64,000 bases of DNA, from sequence record NC_015287.1. The stretch is one strand, 5' to 3'. Of the stretch, positions 20,074 to 29,546 are shown one piece after another; the first letter of the stretch is position 1, and every line of letters begins with the position of its first letter. The position numbers and the translations under genes were made by a program. The notes below the pieces were generated by a model that was given only the letters and a program-made list of their open reading frames with translations, ran no database searches and was not told where the DNA came from.

Positions 20074-21555
20074 ATGATAGACATACTGTATCCTTTCAAA
20101 ATGGACAATCTTTCTGAAGCTTACTCTGCGATTTATGAGGCTCCTTTGCATCCTAACTTACAAAAGAATGAGGATAACGTAAAGAAAAACATAGCAAAAC
20201 AAGCTGCTGAGAAACAACAGACAGCAAAGAGGACTGCTGCATTTCAAGATTATAAAAAGCAACAGACAGAAAAGGGTGCTAAACCTCATGAAGTTTTAGA
20301 CGGTTGGAAAGGAGGTAAAGGACAGATAGGACCAATGAAGAAGGAAGGAAGATATAGAGCAGAGTGGGAACAACTCAAGCTCATGGAGAGAGATGACTAC
20401 AGAAAGGCTTTTGATACTTGGATTGAAAATTTATCAGAAGAAGGATATGATATTGATAGATGGTCTGATGAAGAATTAGTAGAGACATTTATTACTGAGA
20501 GTGACCTTTGGGGTTCTAGGGATGCAGTTCTTGAGGCACTCTTATCAGAAGTAGAAGAACTAGACGAGGAAGATAAGAAAGGAAAGGGTAGTGGTACAAA
20601 GGATGCTTGTTACCATAAGGTAAAGTCACGTTACAGTGTTTGGCCTTCTGCATATGCTTCTGGAGCATTAGTCAAGTGCAGAAAGAAAGGTGCAAAGAAC
20701 TGGGGTAATAGTTCAAAGAAAGAAGAAGTTGAGTATAATATAGATGAAGGTGTAGGCAAAGAGATTACAAAACAATTAGTTCGTGGAGGAATTAAAGTTG
20801 GTGGTAAGACAGGTGGTAAGGTAGTCAAGGCTGTAATCAAACATGGTGGACAGGAACTGAAGAACCAAGCAATACAAACTGCTGGAGAAGTTGCTACTAA
20901 TACTGCAAAAAAGATTGGAGAAAAGGCAAGAGAAAAAGCTGGAGTTCCGAAAGAAGTTCAGAACGAAGCTGTTGCCACACCAGTTAAGAAAAAACCAGGC
21001 ACAGCCGAGAAGATAGGTAAGTTCGTAGGCAGTACTGCTGGAGGTAAACTGGGTTCTAAAGCTGGTAGTGCTGCTGGTGCTACTCTTGGTGGTGTTGGTG
21101 CTCCTGTAGGTGCGGTTGGAGGTTATCTTGCAGGCAGTGCTGCTGGTGAACATGTAGGAGGAAAAATTGGTAAAGCTATAGATAAAAAATTAAAGAAGGA
21201 AGAATTATATTCTGACTGGAGAGGTGAATTAAATTTAATTGATGAGAACAGGATGACAGCTTACAATGCTGGTGCTGGTGAAGGTATGGAAGACAGAGGT
21301 ATAAGTAAGAGTCTTGCAGATAAGATGGGTAGAAGTAATGATGAATCAGCTTTTTCTAGAAGAAAGACAAGTGGAAAGTTCAATAAAGATTATAATAAAA
21401 ATATCTTGAAGGAAAAGAAACCAAGATCAAATACTACTGGTAGAGGCACACCTCAACAGTATCGTAAAGGTTATGAGGATAGAGATATGGGTAGGTATCA
21501 ATCCAAAATTGTACAAGGCAAAGGATCCATCAAAGACTTAGGTAAAAAGAAATGA
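20074..21555 (+). CDS. Large charged modular late protein with glycine-zipper segment
   Basis: KDACYHKVKSRYSVWPSAYASGALVKCRKKGAKNWG module; GSTAGGKLGSKAGSAAGATLGGVG... Confidence 0.75.
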   Translation: MIDILYPFKMDNLSEAYSAIYEAPLHPNLQKNEDNVKKNIAKQAAEKQQTAKRTAAFQDYKKQQTEKGAKPHEVLDGWKGGKGQIGPMKKEGRYRAEWEQLKLMERDDYRKAFDTWIENLSEEGYDIDRWSDEELVETFITESDLWGSRDAVLEALLSEVEELDEEDKKGKGSGTKDACYHKVKSRYSVWPSAYASGALVKCRKKGAKNWGNSSKKEEVEYNIDEGVGKEITKQLVRGGIKVGGKTGGKVVKAVIKHGGQELKNQAIQTAGEVATNTAKKIGEKAREKAGVPKEVQNEAVATPVKKKPGTAEKIGKFVGSTAGGKLGSKAGSAAGATLGGVGAPVGAVGGYLAGSAAGEHVGGKIGKAIDKKLKKEELYSDWRGELNLIDENRMTAYNAGAGEGMEDRGISKSLADKMGRSNDESAFSRRKTSGKFNKDYNKNILKEKKPRSNTTGRGTPQQYRKGYEDRDMGRYQSKIVQGKGSIKDLGKKK

Positions 21556-21917
21556 AGAACTTCCAAGAATTTCAAGAGGCAACTCGCTTCAAGAAAGAGA
21601 AAGGTTATGATGAAGGTGGAACAAAGAAACCAGCATCAAAATCTAAGGACTCTGTATTAGATGCGGTGAAGAAATCTATCACAGCACAGTATGGTAAGGG
21701 TGCTATCATGAGAAGTGGTAGTAAACAGGAGAAGAAAGTTAAGGGTGCTAAGACTGATGGTGAAGGTAAGTATCTCAAACAGCATAAGGCAAATCAACAA
21801 CTTAAGTCAGATGCCAAAGAGATGGGTCATGGTGATGATGTAAAAGGATATGTAGAGAGAAGAGCGAGATATGGTAGTAAAGAGAACATGAAATCAGGTA
21901 GAGGATTAGGAACTTGA
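21552..21917 (+). CDS. Lys-rich hypothetical protein
   Basis: ATGA-coupled; begins MKNFQEFQEA. Confidence 0.7.
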   Translation: MKNFQEFQEATRFKKEKGYDEGGTKKPASKSKDSVLDAVKKSITAQYGKGAIMRSGSKQEKKVKGAKTDGEGKYLKQHKANQQLKSDAKEMGHGDDVKGYVERRARYGSKENMKSGRGLGT

Positions 21918-21918
21918 C

Positions 21919-24903
21919 ATGCCAGCAGTCTCAAAAAAACAACAAAGATTCTTCGGGATGGTTAGAGCGGCTCAGAAAGGGGAAATGGAAAATCCCTCGC
22001 CTGAGGTTGCCAAAGCTGCTGCCACCACCAAGCGTTCCAGCGTAAAGAAATTCGCTAAAACAAAACACAAAGGTTTACCTGAGAAAAAAGTGACTAAAGA
22101 ATCATTTAACGAAGATTACGTCAAAGAATTAGAAGATGGTCTAGTTAAGATGGACTATCCCAGCTACGATGAAGTAGACAAGTTGATGTGTAAGATTGCC
22201 AAAGAGAATGACATCGACACTACAACTCTACACATGGCATTTAAGACCAAACATCTTATGGTTCCAGATGACTGGGCTAAGAAGAAGATGTTTGAACCTG
22301 TCGTGATTCCTAAGACACCCGAAGGTCTTAACATGAAAGAAGAGAGTCAGGATAAGATGTTGGCAAGAGTAAGAAAAGCTCAAAATAAAATAGAGAATAA
22401 AGAGATGGGTATTAAAAGTAGCAAACCCATTGCAAAACCAACACTCAAGAAACCTGAGAATAAATTTACTAATGATGAACCTAAAGTAGAAAAACCAAAA
22501 CCAAAACTAAAAAATCCAGAGAATGAGTTTCACTCAGAGGGTAAATCCTATGGTCTCTATAAGGGATCTGGTAAGCCAGAAGGTCCTATGAAAGCATTTC
22601 TTGATAAACAAAAACTCATTAGGAATAAACATAAAAAGGTAAGTCCTGGCGCCGTCAAGGAAGAATCTCATTCTCCTTTTACGACACCAGAACTACAACG
22701 TAAAAAGAAAATAGAAGACTTTAAAAAGAACGCTGATAGAGTTCTTAGAGGAAAGAAGTCTGATGATGGTCCTTCCATACAGAAAGAAGGTTCTCTTCAT
22801 AAGTGGTTCAAAGGATCTAAGTCTAAAGATGGTAAAGGTGGTTGGGTCAATGTAGTTACAGGTGGAACTTGTGCTAGTGACGAGCCAGGTGAGGGTACTC
22901 CTAAGTGTGTATCATCATCTAAGAGAGCAAGTATGACTAAGGCAGAAAGAAAGTCTGCGGCAAGAAGAAAGAAGGCAGCAGATCCTAATCAACAGTCCAA
23001 GTCAGGTGCTGCAAAACCTACATATGTTAGTACGGATAAAAAGAAAAAGGTGAACGAACAGAAGGTGCCTAAGGATCATCCGAATCATCCTGACAATCAT
23101 AAAGATCATCCTGATATGTCCTATAAGGATGCTGCTAAGATTAGAGTGGAAAAGAAAACTGCAAAGAAACAAGCAGAATCTGGTAATAGATCTAGGTTCA
23201 CTGATAAATATTATCCAGAAAGGAAAGACCTTAAGTATCCTGTAGGTAACAAGATCGTGAAAACTGGTAAACTTACAAAGGAAGAATTCATTGCTATCTT
23301 AGAAGATGCTAAGATGCAAAGGCAGACTGACATCAACTTAGATAGACTTCATGATAAGTTTAGTAAGATGGATCAGAGTATGCCATCTAATAAGCATATG
23401 CTTAAGAGAATAACAAAAGAGAAGAAGAGGAGACAAGACAAAGCGAAGAAAGAAAATCTGAATCCTACTACTCAGATCAATGATAATTTCATGCCTGAAA
23501 TTTCAGAGGACTGCTGGGATGGGTATGAGAAGAAAGGTATGAAGACTATGTTTGGTAAGAGATATCCAAACTGTGTCAAGAAAAAGAAGACTAGAAAGGA
23601 ATCTTTTGAGATCAATCCTGATAAACATAAGGAAGCACAAAAGAAACAGAAGATGAGGAATCTTGCCATCGGCAATGAGAACCCTAATGAGAAGAAAGTC
23701 GCAGAAAAGAAAGCGGGTGGTCCCAAACTTGTAGGTGAGGAACGTAAGGAACAATCTCCTGAGTTTAGATCCCCAAAACCTCAAAGTGCAATCCAAAGAG
23801 CGATGGCAGCCAAAGGACTGACTGGTAGAAAGGATGGAGAGACAGGGACAAAACGAAGAAGGCAAGAGAAATATAAACCCAAACCACCCGAACCAGAAAA
23901 CAAGAGCAATCTAAACAAGTTCACCAATGAACCTGTTGAAGAGTCTAAAAAACCCATCAACTATAGACCAAAGCCTACTGAGAAAGACCCTGCAAACATG
24001 GCAAAGGAGAAGGGTGCAGTAAAGAAAGGTGAACCAGACTATAGAAATCTTGCAGCAGATTACACTCCTGATATTTCTATGGTTGAAGCGACTTATCCTT
24101 CAGATTTTAAAAATCCTGATGGTTCTAAGAGATCTGTTGCCAAGAAAAAAACTGGTAGACCTAATGCACAAGGTTCAGAAAGTGGCAAAAAAGAGATTGA
24201 TGAAGCTGCAGCATGGACAAGAAAGGCTGGTAAGAATAAATCAGGTGGTCTGAACGAGAAGGGTCGTAGGTCTTACGAACGTGAGAACCCAGGCTCAGAT
24301 CTCAAAGCACCCAGTAAAAAGAAAGGTAACAAGAGAAGAGCATCATTCTGTGCAAGAATGAAAGGTATGAAAAAGAAACTTACCTCAGCTAAGACTGCAA
24401 GAGATCCTGATTCTAGAATCAATAAATCTCTTAGAGCATGGAACTGTAGTTACGAACCAGAAACAGGGGAGTTGATTTCTGAGAAAATTGGTGGTATGCT
24501 GAAAGCAGTCAAGAGAAAAAAGGAAGTCTTGAACCAATCTCAGAAGAAGCCTCAAAAGGCAATGGATGCTGGTGCTAGATTAAGAAGAAAGAAACAAAGG
24601 GAAGAACATAGAAAATATGTTAATGACATCATTCCAGATCATTTGATGGATGAGTTTACTCCTGTAATTGAGGAGGGAAAATCCGCAAAAAAGTGTAAGT
24701 CGGGGCAATACTATTGCTTCGATGACAAAAAATGTAAACCTATTCCCAAAGGGATGAGGATAGGTTATGGTGGTATGTTAAGACCAGACAAAGAAGAGGA
24801 GACTAACGGTAAGAAGGATGGTAATGGTAACGGTAATGGTAATGGCTCTAACGGTAACGGGCATTCTGGTGGCAATGGTGGATCCAACGGAGGAGATGCT
24901 TGA
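21919..24903 (+). CDS. 994 aa Lys/Glu-rich modular protein
   Basis: Modules MPAVSKKQQRFFGMV, SLHKWFKGS...GGWVNV, CWDGYEKKG...PNCVK, AAAWTRKAGKNKSGGLN, KKCKSGQYYC; GN-repeat tail. Confidence 0.8.
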   Translation: MPAVSKKQQRFFGMVRAAQKGEMENPSPEVAKAAATTKRSSVKKFAKTKHKGLPEKKVTKESFNEDYVKELEDGLVKMDYPSYDEVDKLMCKIAKENDIDTTTLHMAFKTKHLMVPDDWAKKKMFEPVVIPKTPEGLNMKEESQDKMLARVRKAQNKIENKEMGIKSSKPIAKPTLKKPENKFTNDEPKVEKPKPKLKNPENEFHSEGKSYGLYKGSGKPEGPMKAFLDKQKLIRNKHKKVSPGAVKEESHSPFTTPELQRKKKIEDFKKNADRVLRGKKSDDGPSIQKEGSLHKWFKGSKSKDGKGGWVNVVTGGTCASDEPGEGTPKCVSSSKRASMTKAERKSAARRKKAADPNQQSKSGAAKPTYVSTDKKKKVNEQKVPKDHPNHPDNHKDHPDMSYKDAAKIRVEKKTAKKQAESGNRSRFTDKYYPERKDLKYPVGNKIVKTGKLTKEEFIAILEDAKMQRQTDINLDRLHDKFSKMDQSMPSNKHMLKRITKEKKRRQDKAKKENLNPTTQINDNFMPEISEDCWDGYEKKGMKTMFGKRYPNCVKKKKTRKESFEINPDKHKEAQKKQKMRNLAIGNENPNEKKVAEKKAGGPKLVGEERKEQSPEFRSPKPQSAIQRAMAAKGLTGRKDGETGTKRRRQEKYKPKPPEPENKSNLNKFTNEPVEESKKPINYRPKPTEKDPANMAKEKGAVKKGEPDYRNLAADYTPDISMVEATYPSDFKNPDGSKRSVAKKKTGRPNAQGSESGKKEIDEAAAWTRKAGKNKSGGLNEKGRRSYERENPGSDLKAPSKKKGNKRRASFCARMKGMKKKLTSAKTARDPDSRINKSLRAWNCSYEPETGELISEKIGGMLKAVKRKKEVLNQSQKKPQKAMDAGARLRRKKQREEHRKYVNDIIPDHLMDEFTPVIEEGKSAKKCKSGQYYCFDDKKCKPIPKGMRIGYGGMLRPDKEEETNGKKDGNGNGNGNGSNGNGHSGGNGGSNGGDA

Positions 24904-24927
24904 CAAACTGAGAAAATAAGTTAGAAT
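24900..24927 (+). promoter_or_regulatory. Sigma70-type early promoter
   Basis: TTGACA-N16-TAGAAT. Confidence 0.55.
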
Positions 24928-24951
24928 AGTTTATGTAAGTTTTAATAATTC

Positions 24952-25644
24952 GTGACGAAGTACATTTTTGATGTTGATGGGACACTCACTCCCAGCAGAC
25001 GAAAAATTGATCCTGACTTTCTAATTTTCTTCAACAGTTTTGCTCTTGCAAATGAAGTTTATCTGGTCACAGGTAGTGATAGAGAAAAAACTATAGAACA
25101 AATTACACACCTTCTTTACTGTAATTGTAAGAGGGTGTATAATTGTGCTGGCAATGATGTATATGAAGGAGATCTTCTAACATATAGAAACCCTTGGGAA
25201 CTTCCAGAGGAAGCAAGAGAGTTTCTTACAGAGATACTTCATAACAGTACCTTCCCAGTAAGGACTGGAACACATATTGAAGAGAGGCCTGGGTGTGTTA
25301 ATTTTAGTATCGTGGGTAGAGGTGCTACTCTAGTAGAGAGACAAGTATATTGTGATTGGGATGAAATCAAAAACGAAAGAAGAAAGATTGCTAAGCAGTT
25401 CAATGAGGAATTCCCTGAGTTACATGCTTTTGTGGGTGGACAGACAGGAGTAGATATCTCAAGCAAAGGTAGTGATAAGAGTCAGATTGTTAGAGACTTC
25501 ATGGATGGTGATGTAGTCTTCTTTGGTGATAGAATGGATCAACACGGTAACGACAAACCTTTAGCTGATAAAATTTTAGAACATAAATTAGGTCAAGTAG
25601 TTGAAGTCAAGGATTGGAAAGATACATGGAGCAAACTACGATGA
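24952..25644 (+). CDS. HAD-family phosphomannomutase-like enzyme (eukaryotic PMM type)
   Basis: FDVDGTLT, VTGSD, NFSIVGR, GGQTGVDI, FFGD...GND; GTG start. Confidence 0.8.
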   Translation: MTKYIFDVDGTLTPSRRKIDPDFLIFFNSFALANEVYLVTGSDREKTIEQITHLLYCNCKRVYNCAGNDVYEGDLLTYRNPWELPEEAREFLTEILHNSTFPVRTGTHIEERPGCVNFSIVGRGATLVERQVYCDWDEIKNERRKIAKQFNEEFPELHAFVGGQTGVDISSKGSDKSQIVRDFMDGDVVFFGDRMDQHGNDKPLADKILEHKLGQVVEVKDWKDTWSKLR

Positions 25645-26114
25645 GTGAAGTAGAGTTTAGAAAACATAGAGTATTCAGAGAAACAGAGGATGTAATTTTC
25701 TATGACATTTCAGTGGAAGAGTCTAACGCTAGTGATCTTGTTGTTCATACTGGGGCAGCTGTATCTCCACCTAATGACGTGGTGGGTGCAAAAACATTCT
25801 ACATCCACTACCACCAGACAGACTGTAATAGAGTTGTATCAGGGGAGAGGATGTTTGAATTAGTAAATCCAGAATGGAAACATCCATATCATATTGTGCA
25901 TTTGGATGTACATAGTGGAGCACTAGTTATACCTCCTAACACCTACCACAGATCTGTCTCAGGAGAGGGTGGATCTGTAGTGATTAATCAGTCAACTAGA
26001 GATGATCTTTTCAGAGCAGAGACTGAGTTCAGACCTGTATCTGCTGCGGAAGACTTTACTCTTTACAATATTCTAAAGGGTGAAAAACCTGTTATACATA
26101 GTGTGAAGAGATGA
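25641..26114 (+). CDS. Cupin-fold protein (RmlC-like)
   Basis: FYIHYHQTD...LVIPPNTYHRS. Confidence 0.6.
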   Translation: MSEVEFRKHRVFRETEDVIFYDISVEESNASDLVVHTGAAVSPPNDVVGAKTFYIHYHQTDCNRVVSGERMFELVNPEWKHPYHIVHLDVHSGALVIPPNTYHRSVSGEGGSVVINQSTRDDLFRAETEFRPVSAAEDFTLYNILKGEKPVIHSVKR

Positions 26115-26124
26115 AGATTATGAA

Positions 26125-26562
26125 ATGGTTGAAGGAGGAGTTTACGAAAACCCCTGGCTATATGAGGGTAAACCTTTCACTTCTGACGACATTGGCGATT
26201 TCTTCGGTTACGTCTACCTCATTACTAATAAGACAACAGGTAAGAAGTACATCGGCAGAAAATACTTTGTACAGAAACGAAAGCCTAAGGGAGGAAAGAG
26301 AAAGGTTACAAGCGAATCCGATTGGAAAAAGTATTACGGATCCTCCCCAGAACTCAAAGCCGACGTATCCAAGTTCGGAAAGGAAAATTTCTCCAGAGAG
26401 ATCATATCCTTACATAGAACCCTTGGAAAGACAAACTATGAGGAGACAAGACAACTTTTTCTAAATAACGTTTTGACTGAGGCTCTTGACAACGGAGAGC
26501 CTGCCTACTATAATTCTAATGTTCTAGGACGTTACTACAGGAAGGACTACTTCGATGCTTGA
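26125..26562 (+). CDS. GIY-YIG nuclease (Seg-like)
   Basis: GYVYLITNKTTGKKYIGRK...YYGSS...E...YYNSN. Confidence 0.8.
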   Translation: MVEGGVYENPWLYEGKPFTSDDIGDFFGYVYLITNKTTGKKYIGRKYFVQKRKPKGGKRKVTSESDWKKYYGSSPELKADVSKFGKENFSREIISLHRTLGKTNYEETRQLFLNNVLTEALDNGEPAYYNSNVLGRYYRKDYFDA

Positions 26563-26722
26563 CCCCTCATTCCAATCAGACCTCCATCAATTCACCAAAG
26601 AATATGAAGAGGAGAAGAGGACAAAAGATTATATCATCGACAGGTTGCATGACCTGTACGAAGAAGGGAATTACGAAGAAGCTATAGCTTTTTATGATGA
26701 GTGGAGGGAAGAGATTGAATAG
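26555..26722 (+). CDS. Small acidic protein (absent from ORF track)
   Basis: Hand translation MLDPSFQSDLHQFTKEYEEE...EEIE*, 55 aa, fills the gap between neighbours. Confidence 0.55.
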   Translation: MLDPSFQSDLHQFTKEYEEEKRTKDYIIDRLHDLYEEGNYEEAIAFYDEWREEIE

Positions 26723-27293
26723 TTATCAACAGTGGAGACCACCTGTTCCTGATGTCATGCCGTATCTCCAAGAGGCGGCAGACATCATACAATCACATGA
26801 AATAAATTTAGATCAAGAGGGTATTCTTGATCTGCTTCAAATAAAATATAGATGGCCAGAACCATCTCTTGAAGTTATCAATCAGTGCCAGAAAAAATCA
26901 AATGGATTCTTTGATTCCAGAGGTTACATAATCTACGAAAGATGGAAGAGATTATTTGATCTGGGTTTCACTAGTCTTCTAAGTAACGTCATGGATCTGA
27001 CATCAGATCTTAGATCTCTTGATGATAAATTATTTGAATACAAGGGATCAGAAACCAATGCTAATCTATATCTAAGTGCTGGAACTGTTTTTAACAGACC
27101 AAGTTTTGATCCGCACAATCATGATTATCATGTTATAGTGAAACCCATCTATGGCACTTGCACATGGAATATCAACGGACAGGCAAAAGAAGTAGGTCCA
27201 TCAGATGTTCTTATCATACCAGAGGGAACCATGCACTCTGTAACAGCCAGTCCCGAACCTAGATTGTCACTTACTATTAACATGTCGGGATGA
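26715..27293 (+). CDS. JmjC/cupin-4-like Fe(II)/2OG oxygenase
   Basis: NANLYLS...SFDPHNHDYHVIV...GTCTW...DVLIIPEGTMH...RLSLTI; TTG 26715 with GGAGG upstream is the likely start. Confidence 0.75.
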   Translation: MNSYQQWRPPVPDVMPYLQEAADIIQSHEINLDQEGILDLLQIKYRWPEPSLEVINQCQKKSNGFFDSRGYIIYERWKRLFDLGFTSLLSNVMDLTSDLRSLDDKLFEYKGSETNANLYLSAGTVFNRPSFDPHNHDYHVIVKPIYGTCTWNINGQAKEVGPSDVLIIPEGTMHSVTASPEPRLSLTINMSG

Positions 27294-27748
27294 TGGATGA
27301 CTATATAAACTACTTGGTCAGTGTTGGTGCTGACAAGATTCCTCATTACCATGAAGGTGACTCTTTATTGTCTCATTGTATAAGAGTATCTGGTATGTTA
27401 TACTCTTATGGGAGACCTATGTATGAGGTGAGAGCTGGATTATTTCATTCCGTTTATGGCAATGAATTTCAAATGTATCAAATCAATGCTACAAGAAATG
27501 AAATTTGTGATATAATTGGAGAGGATGCAGAACATATTGTAAATACGTTTTGCACTTTGACCGATAGAGTCAATACAATATTGTACGCTAGAGGTTTAAA
27601 TGATCCAGAAAAAACATCGCTTAGGTGGTTGGAGTATTGTAACATTAGAGATCACGACCCCGAAGCCTCAATCTTAAAAGAGTTTGAACTCGTATTACAA
27701 ATTGGAGACAATGATCAATCTAGACGAGAAGTACCACAGTTATCTTGA
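27290..27748 (+). CDS. HD-like protein (DUF6817-like)
   Basis: PH...SLLSH...AGLFHSVYG. Confidence 0.55.
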   Translation: MMDDYINYLVSVGADKIPHYHEGDSLLSHCIRVSGMLYSYGRPMYEVRAGLFHSVYGNEFQMYQINATRNEICDIIGEDAEHIVNTFCTLTDRVNTILYARGLNDPEKTSLRWLEYCNIRDHDPEASILKEFELVLQIGDNDQSRREVPQLS

Positions 27749-27923
27749 GTTAGGCAAAAGTCTAAAGATAGATGGTGTAAATGAAAAAGTCAGAGGTTAT
27801 GGATATACCTGTGACGGTAATGACATAACTGGGTATTACTTGACAACTGAGAACTATAAGTTATACTACAATCTTAACGAACAGTTTCTTAAGTTGGAAG
27901 CACTCAGAGGACTATCTGAGTAA
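27711..27923 (+). CDS. Hypothetical protein
   Basis: GGAG RBS before ATG 27711. Confidence 0.6.
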   Translation: MINLDEKYHSYLELGKSLKIDGVNEKVRGYGYTCDGNDITGYYLTTENYKLYYNLNEQFLKLEALRGLSE

Positions 27924-27962
27924 CCATATACATACTATACATGAAATTATTTTTAGAGAAAA

Positions 27963-28601
27963 ATGAATTTGTTGCCTGATGCAGAGTTATTCTTTTGGAA
28001 TAACAAGTCAAAAAAATTAGTGAAGAAATCTGTACACTCATTGTTCGAGGGTAAAGATGTTCTTCTTGTCTCTGTGTGCGGTGCTTTCACACCTCCATGT
28101 ACAGAGATGGTCAAGGAGTATGAAAAACTTTATGATACTTTCATCAAAGAAACTATTGTTGATGAGATCTATGTTCTTTCTATGAATGATTCATTTGTCA
28201 TGGACAAGTGGTTCAAGGAAATGAAGATCAAGAAACTTAAGTATCTTCCAGATGGAAACGGAGCATATGTTTTTAGACTTGCAAAACAAGGTGGAATGGC
28301 TGCAACCCAGTGTTCTATCAAAATGTATAATAAAGGTATGGGAGTGAGAGCATGGCGTTGGGTCATGTTAGTTGAGAACAATGTACAGATGGTTTACCTT
28401 GAGGAAGAGACACCAGACGGTGTTGGAACCAGAGACAACTTACCTAATGATCCATTTGAACTTACTCATGCAAGTCAGATGTTAGAGTTTTTAAAGAACA
28501 GAGATCAGACCGATCATATTAAAGAGGTAAATGCTGCATCAGAATCTTTACAACATATGCCAGGATCAGAAGACCATCTACCTAAATCGCCAACCATGTA
28601 A
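27963..28601 (+). CDS. Peroxiredoxin (Prx5-like/redoxin)
   Basis: GAFTPPC peroxidatic motif, SMNDSFVMDKW, YLPDGNG, GVRAWR. Confidence 0.85.
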   Translation: MNLLPDAELFFWNNKSKKLVKKSVHSLFEGKDVLLVSVCGAFTPPCTEMVKEYEKLYDTFIKETIVDEIYVLSMNDSFVMDKWFKEMKIKKLKYLPDGNGAYVFRLAKQGGMAATQCSIKMYNKGMGVRAWRWVMLVENNVQMVYLEEETPDGVGTRDNLPNDPFELTHASQMLEFLKNRDQTDHIKEVNAASESLQHMPGSEDHLPKSPTM

Positions 28602-28801
28602 TGAAAGTAATTTCACTTAAATATTTGGAAGATCACTTTGAAGAGTTGGTCGATCGAGCGGGAGCTGGTGAGACCTTCTTAATTGATACGCCTGATGGTC
28701 AGGTAGCACTTGTTCCGCACAAGGATATTTTGAAACCGTGTATTGATGCAGGGACAGCACATGATATACAGCACCTTTGGGATCACGACGACGGTGCTTG
28801 A
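28601..28801 (+). CDS. Phd/YefM antitoxin-like small protein
   Basis: MKVISLKYLEDHFEELVDRAGAGETFLI...VALVP pattern. Confidence 0.45.
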   Translation: MKVISLKYLEDHFEELVDRAGAGETFLIDTPDGQVALVPHKDILKPCIDAGTAHDIQHLWDHDDGA

Positions 28802-28826
28802 CAAAAACTAAATCTCGGACTACAAT
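28798..28826 (+). promoter_or_regulatory. Sigma70-type early promoter
   Basis: TTGACA-N17-TACAAT. Confidence 0.65.
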
Positions 28827-28849
28827 AGTAACGTAAACCAAATCAGAAA

Positions 28850-29065
28850 ATGTCCACTTTCATTTCTAAGTTCAAGAAAAATCTTGATGCGTTGGAGGCA
28901 GCAGTAGACGAAGAGTTTGCACTCGACTTCAAGTATCCAAAGATTTACAAAAAAGTTTTGAGGTACTACAAACAAGAAGGTTATGAGTTTAGCGAGGAGG
29001 ATCCAAGTCAGGAGTATTCATTGCTTATGAGTCTGATTGCAGAAGATCTAGGAGTTTCAAAATGA
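28850..29065 (+). CDS. Hypothetical protein
   Basis: 71 aa ORF downstream of promoter. Confidence 0.65.
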   Translation: MSTFISKFKKNLDALEAAVDEEFALDFKYPKIYKKVLRYYKQEGYEFSEEDPSQEYSLLMSLIAEDLGVSK

Positions 29066-29307
29066 TTGACGTTCTACTACATAATGAACCTTATAGGTAC
29101 ATCAAAATGGAAGAACTGTTAGAGAACGGTGAACCCGATTATCGTATTCAGAAGTTCAGTAATTACTCAGGCAGATACAAGGACATGTATCTTTGTGATA
29201 ACTACATGCAAATGGAAACTGCCATGGAGGATTTTGAATACACCAAATGGTTAGACCCTGCTGGTGTTCCATGTTATATTAAAGATGAAGTAACTAAAGG
29301 TGACTGA
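29062..29307 (+). CDS. Conserved cyanophage hypothetical protein
   Basis: DYRIQK...AMEDFEYTKWLDPAGVPCYIKD. Confidence 0.7.
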   Translation: MIDVLLHNEPYRYIKMEELLENGEPDYRIQKFSNYSGRYKDMYLCDNYMQMETAMEDFEYTKWLDPAGVPCYIKDEVTKGD

Positions 29308-29542
29308 TCCATCCTTACCAGAAAAGGCGGCCAATTTTTCAAAGACCGCCTATGATATTGTAAAAGGTTTCGTCTTTGACGGAACCTTACTTGTTCCTGA
29401 CGAGGTTAAAAAAGCACGAATAGATATATGTAGAGACTGTAATAGATTTGATCCAGAACGACACTTGTGTAAAGAGTGTGGTTGTTTTTTAGTAAATAAG
29501 GTTAAGTTTTCTGCAGCACAATGCCCACTAAATCTTTGGTAA
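29300..29542 (+). CDS. Small Cys-rich protein
   Basis: RIDICRDC...CKECGCFL...CPLNLW. Confidence 0.7.
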   Translation: MTDPSLPEKAANFSKTAYDIVKGFVFDGTLLVPDEVKKARIDICRDCNRFDPERHLCKECGCFLVNKVKFSAAQCPLNLW

Positions 29543-29546
29543 CATA

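Noticed and set aside
24808-24900. GGTAAT/GGTAAC hexamer run
   Set aside because: Encodes the Gly-Asn tail of the 994 aa protein; low-complexity coding sequence, not an array.
26111-26464. 117 aa plus-strand ORF
   Set aside because: Alternative frame of the GIY-YIG gene, no motif.
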